A stretch of DNA of 64,000 bases, taken from contig CAWAMW010000002.1 in the NCBI GenBank assembly GCA_963783305.1, positions 256,001-320,000 on the forward strand. The letters are read 5' to 3'. Of this stretch, positions 59,714-64,000 are shown in pieces. A program made the translations under genes and the position numbers. This DNA is from an uncultured Gemmatimonadales bacterium. Its GTDB lineage: Bacteria > Gemmatimonadota > Gemmatimonadetes > Longimicrobiales > RSA9. The notes under the pieces were generated by a model, which was not told where the DNA came from, ran no database searches, and was given only the letters and a program-made list of their open reading frames with translations. The stretch's first letter is position 1. Each line of letters begins with the position of its first letter.

Positions 59714-60085
59714 ATGCGAATCCTCATTGCGGTACTGCTGCTCGGGACCACCCTTGGCGGGTGCGCGAGCGCGGGTACGGGCGGTGCGCGGCGGGACCGG
59801 AACGTCATGACGCTGGAGCAGATCGAAGAGGCCGACCAGACCAACCTGTACGACCTCATCCGCGTGCATCGTCCCAACTGGCTCAACGCCCGGGGGCCGA
59901 ACAGCTTCCGGAGCGAGAACCCCATCATGGTCTACCTCGATGGCACGCGCTTCGGCGACATCGAGGAGCTCCGGTCGCTCTCGCCCTACGATGTCCGGGA
60001 GATCCGGTACCTGAGCGCCGCCCAGGCGCAGGCGCGGTTCGGGCTCGGCAACACCCGCGGCGCCATAGCCATCACCAGCCGCTGA
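59714..60085 (+). CDS. Lipoprotein with TonB-plug-like domain
   Basis: Lipobox LGGC, NLYDLIRVHRPNWL, VYLDG, VREIRYL...GAIAITSR. Confidence 0.75.
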   Translation: MRILIAVLLLGTTLGGCASAGTGGARRDRNVMTLEQIEEADQTNLYDLIRVHRPNWLNARGPNSFRSENPIMVYLDGTRFGDIEELRSLSPYDVREIRYLSAAQAQARFGLGNTRGAIAITSR

Positions 60086-60089
60086 GCCG

Positions 60090-60767
60090 CTAGACGCGCA
60101 GGGTGAACGGCGGGTACTCATCGCGGAGCAGGAGCACGTAGCACTCCACCCGCGCGGTCCACGCCAGGACCCCCAGCGCGAAGCCGTAAAGGGTCTCCGG
60201 GTAGCGCCCCGTGAACAGGATGGACACCCACCCGACGGCCGTGGTGATCGCCCAGGCGATGCCCAGGACCCAGAGCAGGAACAGGTGCGGCAGCACCAGG
60301 ATGAGGCGCAGGAAAACCGTCACGCGATCACGCGGCTCCGCGGGCCTCGCCACCTCCAGGCCCGCGGGGTACTCGGCGTCGCCGAAGGGCGGGTACTCGT
60401 CCCGCAGCAGCGTGAGGTACGCGGCCGCCCGGACCCGCCAGCGCATGTACCACGCGCCCAGCCGCCAGAGGGAATCCGGGTGACGCCCGGACAGGACGAT
60501 GACCAGCCAGGCGATGATCGCCGCGATGATGACCACGACGCTCACCACCCCGCCGCTCGAACCGTAGTCCCAGCTCACCCCGCTGTCGGTGCTCCAGCTC
60601 GCGCCCAGCGCCATGGCGATCGGCGCGCCCACGAGGATGATGTGAGGGAGCGCGAGGAAGAAGCGAAAGAACGCCGTGAGCCGGTTCCGTCCCTCCAGCT
60701 GCGGCTCCAGCCGCACCGCCACAGGGTAGTCGATCCCGCCCGTCTCCAGCTCGTCGTACTCCGTCAT
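60090..60767 (-). CDS. DUF4389 duplicated-domain membrane protein
   Basis: Two repeats of R(F/L).L.LPH...GR(H/Y)P..L...LLRDEYPPF. Confidence 0.88.
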   Translation of the reverse strand: MTEYDELETGGIDYPVAVRLEPQLEGRNRLTAFFRFFLALPHIILVGAPIAMALGASWSTDSGVSWDYGSSGGVVSVVVIIAAIIAWLVIVLSGRHPDSLWRLGAWYMRWRVRAAAYLTLLRDEYPPFGDAEYPAGLEVARPAEPRDRVTVFLRLILVLPHLFLLWVLGIAWAITTAVGWVSILFTGRYPETLYGFALGVLAWTARVECYVLLLRDEYPPFTLRV

Positions 60768-60875
60768 CGTCGCCTCCACATCGAGTGACCCTCTGGAGGA
60801 CACTACGCGCCAGCGACCCCGAAGATTCGACCCGCCGACACCGGCGCCACGAGCCGGGTTGCTTTCGTCTCTTTC

Positions 60876-63800
60876 TTACTGTCGGCCCCTCGCCCACGGC
60901 AGCACCGGCGCCGGCGCTTCCGTGGGCGCCAGCTGCCGGAGCGTCATGGCGTCGTAGAGCCGGCCACCGAGCATGACCCGGTCGATGTCGGCGCTGTTCA
61001 CCAGGTTCTCGAGGGGGTTGGAGTTGAGCACGATCAGGTCGGCGAGCTTCCCGGGCTCCAGTGACCCGATATCCTGGTCCAGCCCCAGGTACTGCGCGCC
61101 CTTGATGGTCCCGGCCGCCAGCGCCTCCATCTCGGTCATCCCGCCATGCTCGAACATCCACAGCTCCCAGTGCGCGCCGACCCCCTGCATCTGACCGTGC
61201 GCGCCCAGCTCCACCAGCCCGCCCGCGTCGGCAATGGCCTTCACGCCCTCCGCGATGAGCACGTGATTGAAGTCGTCATCGCCCGCGGCCATGATCCGGC
61301 GGCGGCTCCGGGCGTCCACCAGGTCGCGGGGCGTGAACGCCAGCAGCCGCTCGTCCTCCCACACGTTGGTGCGCTCGTACCAGTAGTACTCGCCGCTCAG
61401 ACCGCCGTACCCCACGATCATGGTGGGCGTGTACCCCGTGGAGCTCGCGCTCCAGATCTCCGTCACGTCGCGATAGACGTGCGGCACGGGCAGCGAGTGC
61501 TCCACGCCCGTGTGCCCGTCGAGCACCATGGTCATGTTGTTGAAGAAGAGGCTGCCGCCCTCCGGCACCACCATCATCTCCAGGTCCCGCGCCGCTTCGA
61601 TGATCCACTGCCGCGCGTCCCGACGACGCTGGTTGTAGCTCTTCACGCTGAACGCGCCCACCGCCTTCATCCGACGCAGGTGCGCCGCCGCGTCCTCGTA
61701 GTCCTTCACCACCGCCTTGAAGCTGGTCTCCGCGCCGTACAGGATCGTGCCCGTGCTGAACAGCCGCGGCCCCAGCTTCTCGCCCGCCCGCAGCAGCTCG
61801 ATGTTCGCGAACACCGTCTCCGTGTCGTTGCTCGGGTCGTGCGACGTGGTGACGCCGAACGCCAGGTTCGCCAGCAGCGGCCAGCTCGCCTGCGCCAGGA
61901 TCCCCGCGTTCTCGCCGCCCACGTGGCCGTGCACGTCCACCAGCCCCGGCATGATCGTCTTGCCGCTCATGTCGATATGACGCGCGTCCGCCGGCAGCGT
62001 CATGGCCGCCGTCGCTCCCACCGCGACGATCCGGTCGCCCTCGATCACGATCGTGCCGTCCTCGATCACCGCAGGCAGCTCCGGCCCGATCCCTTCAGAC
62101 TCCTGGAACGGCTGGTACGACCGCGACTCCGGCTCCCACCCGCCCGGCGGCGTCCACCCCTGCCCCGCCATGGTGATGATGCGAGCATTGGTCAGGACCA
62201 GGGTTCCGGCGGGTTTCGGCGTCGTGGTGGTGAACGAAATGTCTACGCCTTCGGCTTCGGGCTCGCGGAGGGCGGCTTCGCCGCGGAGGGCGCCTTCGGC
62301 GCGGGGTGCACCCTCTTGCAGGAACGCGAAGGTGGACTGGAGGTCGCGGGTGAAGTACTGGGGTCCGAGCGTCCAGTGGACCTGCCAGTCATCGCCGGTG
62401 GCGTGGCTCCAGTGCAGGTACATGCCGGCGTCGCGGCTGATGCGCTGCACGGGGTAGGCGTCGCTGGTGCCGCTGAGCTTCACCGTTCGGCCCGTCCGCG
62501 GGAACGGCGCTACGAAGGCGTGGTAGCGCTCGGCAAACGCCACCCACTCGCCGTCCGGTGAGACCGCGATCTGCGTGACGTTGTCCCCCTCCAGGTGCAC
62601 GATCTCGTCGCCACCCGTGAGGTCCGTGCTCACCAGCCGGTCGCCCTGGCTCAGCAGGATGCGGTGGCCGGTGGCGTCGAAGCTCGGCTCGCCCCTGCCG
62701 TCCCGCACCTTCCGGGGCTCGCCGCCACCTGCGTCCACCACGAAGATCCCCGTGTGTTCGCCGTAGGTCTCACCCCGGATGCTGTTCCCGCCCACGCTCC
62801 GGTAGACGATCCGGTCGCCGCTCGGGCTCCAGCTCGGGCTCGTGTAGTGACCGCGCCGCGTCACCACCTCCCGGGCGCCGCGCCCGTTCAGAGCGATCGT
62901 CCGGATGCGCCCGCCCTCCGCGTCGCTCCAGCTGGCGTACGCGATGGTCCGGCCGTCGGGGCTGAACGCCGGCGCCAGCTCGAACCCGTCGTCGCCCCGG
63001 GTAAGACGGCGCGGCTCGCCGCCGCCCCGGAGGTCACGGATCCAGATCCTGCCCAGCGCGTCATACGCCACGTACCGGCCGTCCGGCGAGGTGGTGACGT
63101 GCCGGAGCATCCGCACCTGCCACTCGTCCGGCGCCACGTCCACCGCATACCGGAGCCCCTCGTGGATCCTCTGCTCGACGTCCGCCGTGAAGGGGATCCG
63201 CGTGGCCTCACCGGTCCGAGCGTCCACGCGCCAGAACCCGCCCTGCGCCCAGATCGCCAGCCCGGAGCCGTCCGGGAGCCAGTCGTACTGGGTGTACACG
63301 CCGTGGATCGCCCACGCCTCCTGCATGTCCCGCTCGAGCCCGTCCCACAGCGGCCACTCCTCGCCCGTCTCCAGGTCGCGCAGGTAGAGCACCGTGTTCA
63401 GACGGTCGCGACGGATGAAGCTCATGAGCCGCCCGTCCGGCGAGATCCGCGGCGTGATCGCACCGCCCGGCCCGCCCGTCACCCGCTCCGTCTCACCCGT
63501 CACCAGGTTCCGCCGCAGGATCGCGTAAATGCCGGCGTACGGGTCCTTGTTGTACTCGAAGAACTCGCCCGGCGTGACATCCTGGCTGTAGTAGAGCCAC
63601 TCCCCGTCGGGACTCACCGCGGGCTCGCCCTGGTCCTTCTGCCAGCTCGTCCGCTCCGTAACCTGGAGCCCGCCGCCGCCCGCCCGGTGGTACATCCATA
63701 CCTCGCCCGCCCCCAGCGAGCGCTGCTCCACGAAGTGCTTCCGCGTGAACAGGTACTCCCCATCCGGCGACCAGGCCAGCGAGTTCACCTCGCGGTCGTC

Positions 63801-64000
63801 CTCCTTCGAGAGCTGCCGCGGGTCCGCGCCATCCGGGGCCATGAGCCAGATGTTCTGCGCGCCATCGCGATCGCTGATGAACGCGATCTCCGCACCCGAC
63901 GGGCTGAACCGCGGGTGGAAGTCCCACGCCGCACCGCTCGTGATCCGCGTGGCCGCACCCCCACCCATGGGCATGGTGTAGATGTCGCCCATGAGGTCGA
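60876..64000 (-). CDS. Amidohydrolase with N-terminal TolB/PD40 beta-propellers (5' truncated by window)
   Basis: Repeated SPDG/SPSG motifs, MPGLVDVHGH, GVEHSL, GAHGQ, GSLEPGKLADL. Frame is open to the window end. Confidence 0.92.
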   Translation of the reverse strand, partial: DLMGDIYTMPMGGGAATRITSGAAWDFHPRFSPSGAEIAFISDRDGAQNIWLMAPDGADPRQLSKEDDREVNSLAWSPDGEYLFTRKHFVEQRSLGAGEVWMYHRAGGGGLQVTERTSWQKDQGEPAVSPDGEWLYYSQDVTPGEFFEYNKDPYAGIYAILRRNLVTGETERVTGGPGGAITPRISPDGRLMSFIRRDRLNTVLYLRDLETGEEWPLWDGLERDMQEAWAIHGVYTQYDWLPDGSGLAIWAQGGFWRVDARTGEATRIPFTADVEQRIHEGLRYAVDVAPDEWQVRMLRHVTTSPDGRYVAYDALGRIWIRDLRGGGEPRRLTRGDDGFELAPAFSPDGRTIAYASWSDAEGGRIRTIALNGRGAREVVTRRGHYTSPSWSPSGDRIVYRSVGGNSIRGETYGEHTGIFVVDAGGGEPRKVRDGRGEPSFDATGHRILLSQGDRLVSTDLTGGDEIVHLEGDNVTQIAVSPDGEWVAFAERYHAFVAPFPRTGRTVKLSGTSDAYPVQRISRDAGMYLHWSHATGDDWQVHWTLGPQYFTRDLQSTFAFLQEGAPRAEGALRGEAALREPEAEGVDISFTTTTPKPAGTLVLTNARIITMAGQGWTPPGGWEPESRSYQPFQESEGIGPELPAVIEDGTIVIEGDRIVAVGATAAMTLPADARHIDMSGKTIMPGLVDVHGHVGGENAGILAQASWPLLANLAFGVTTSHDPSNDTETVFANIELLRAGEKLGPRLFSTGTILYGAETSFKAVVKDYEDAAAHLRRMKAVGAFSVKSYNQRRRDARQWIIEAARDLEMMVVPEGGSLFFNNMTMVLDGHTGVEHSLPVPHVYRDVTEIWSASSTGYTPTMIVGYGGLSGEYYWYERTNVWEDERLLAFTPRDLVDARSRRRIMAAGDDDFNHVLIAEGVKAIADAGGLVELGAHGQMQGVGAHWELWMFEHGGMTEMEALAAGTIKGAQYLGLDQDIGSLEPGKLADLIVLNSNPLENLVNSADIDRVMLGGRLYDAMTLRQLAPTEAPAPVLPWARGRQ

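Overview
High-GC, gene-dense bacterial chromosome segment. The gene content (TolB-like/TPR membrane protein, plug-like lipoprotein, M14 peptidases, PD40 amidohydrolase) suggests Gemmatimonadota, but that is inference only. No rRNA, tRNA, CRISPR array, transposase or integrase was seen. Main blocks: (1) an ABC exporter with a small secreted twin-Cx6C peptide (1-1.9 kb); (2) an extended NHEJ neighbourhood of DUF488, MerR-TPR, Ku, LigD, an alpha/beta hydrolase and DUF72 (7.4-14 kb); (3) a ~19 kb co-oriented minus-strand energy cluster: korA-korB, an apparently catalytically dead PFOR-like protein, rnfB, a giant PFOR with C-terminal ferredoxin, rnfCDGEA, an NqrM-like microprotein, apbE, two paralogous Cys-rich proteins, a small membrane protein and ba3-type oxidase cbaD/B/A; (4) infA, csp, L,D-transpeptidase, OsmC, DUF393, tandem M14 peptidases, an S8-PKD protease and MscS; (5) a GlgE alpha-glucan/trehalose cluster (glgE, treS-mak, malQ, glgB, GH57); (6) a sirtuin, class II aldolase, DUF4389 and an amidohydrolase. 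Several short-period repeat elements (7-mer and 9-mer inverted arrays, REP-like palindromes) occur between and inside genes. The most promising candidate for an undescribed system is the 2-oxoacid oxidoreductase-Rnf cluster with its pseudo-enzyme and Cys-rich accessory genes, which runs into a high-affinity oxidase. All homology calls are by-eye motif recognition; no searches were run.
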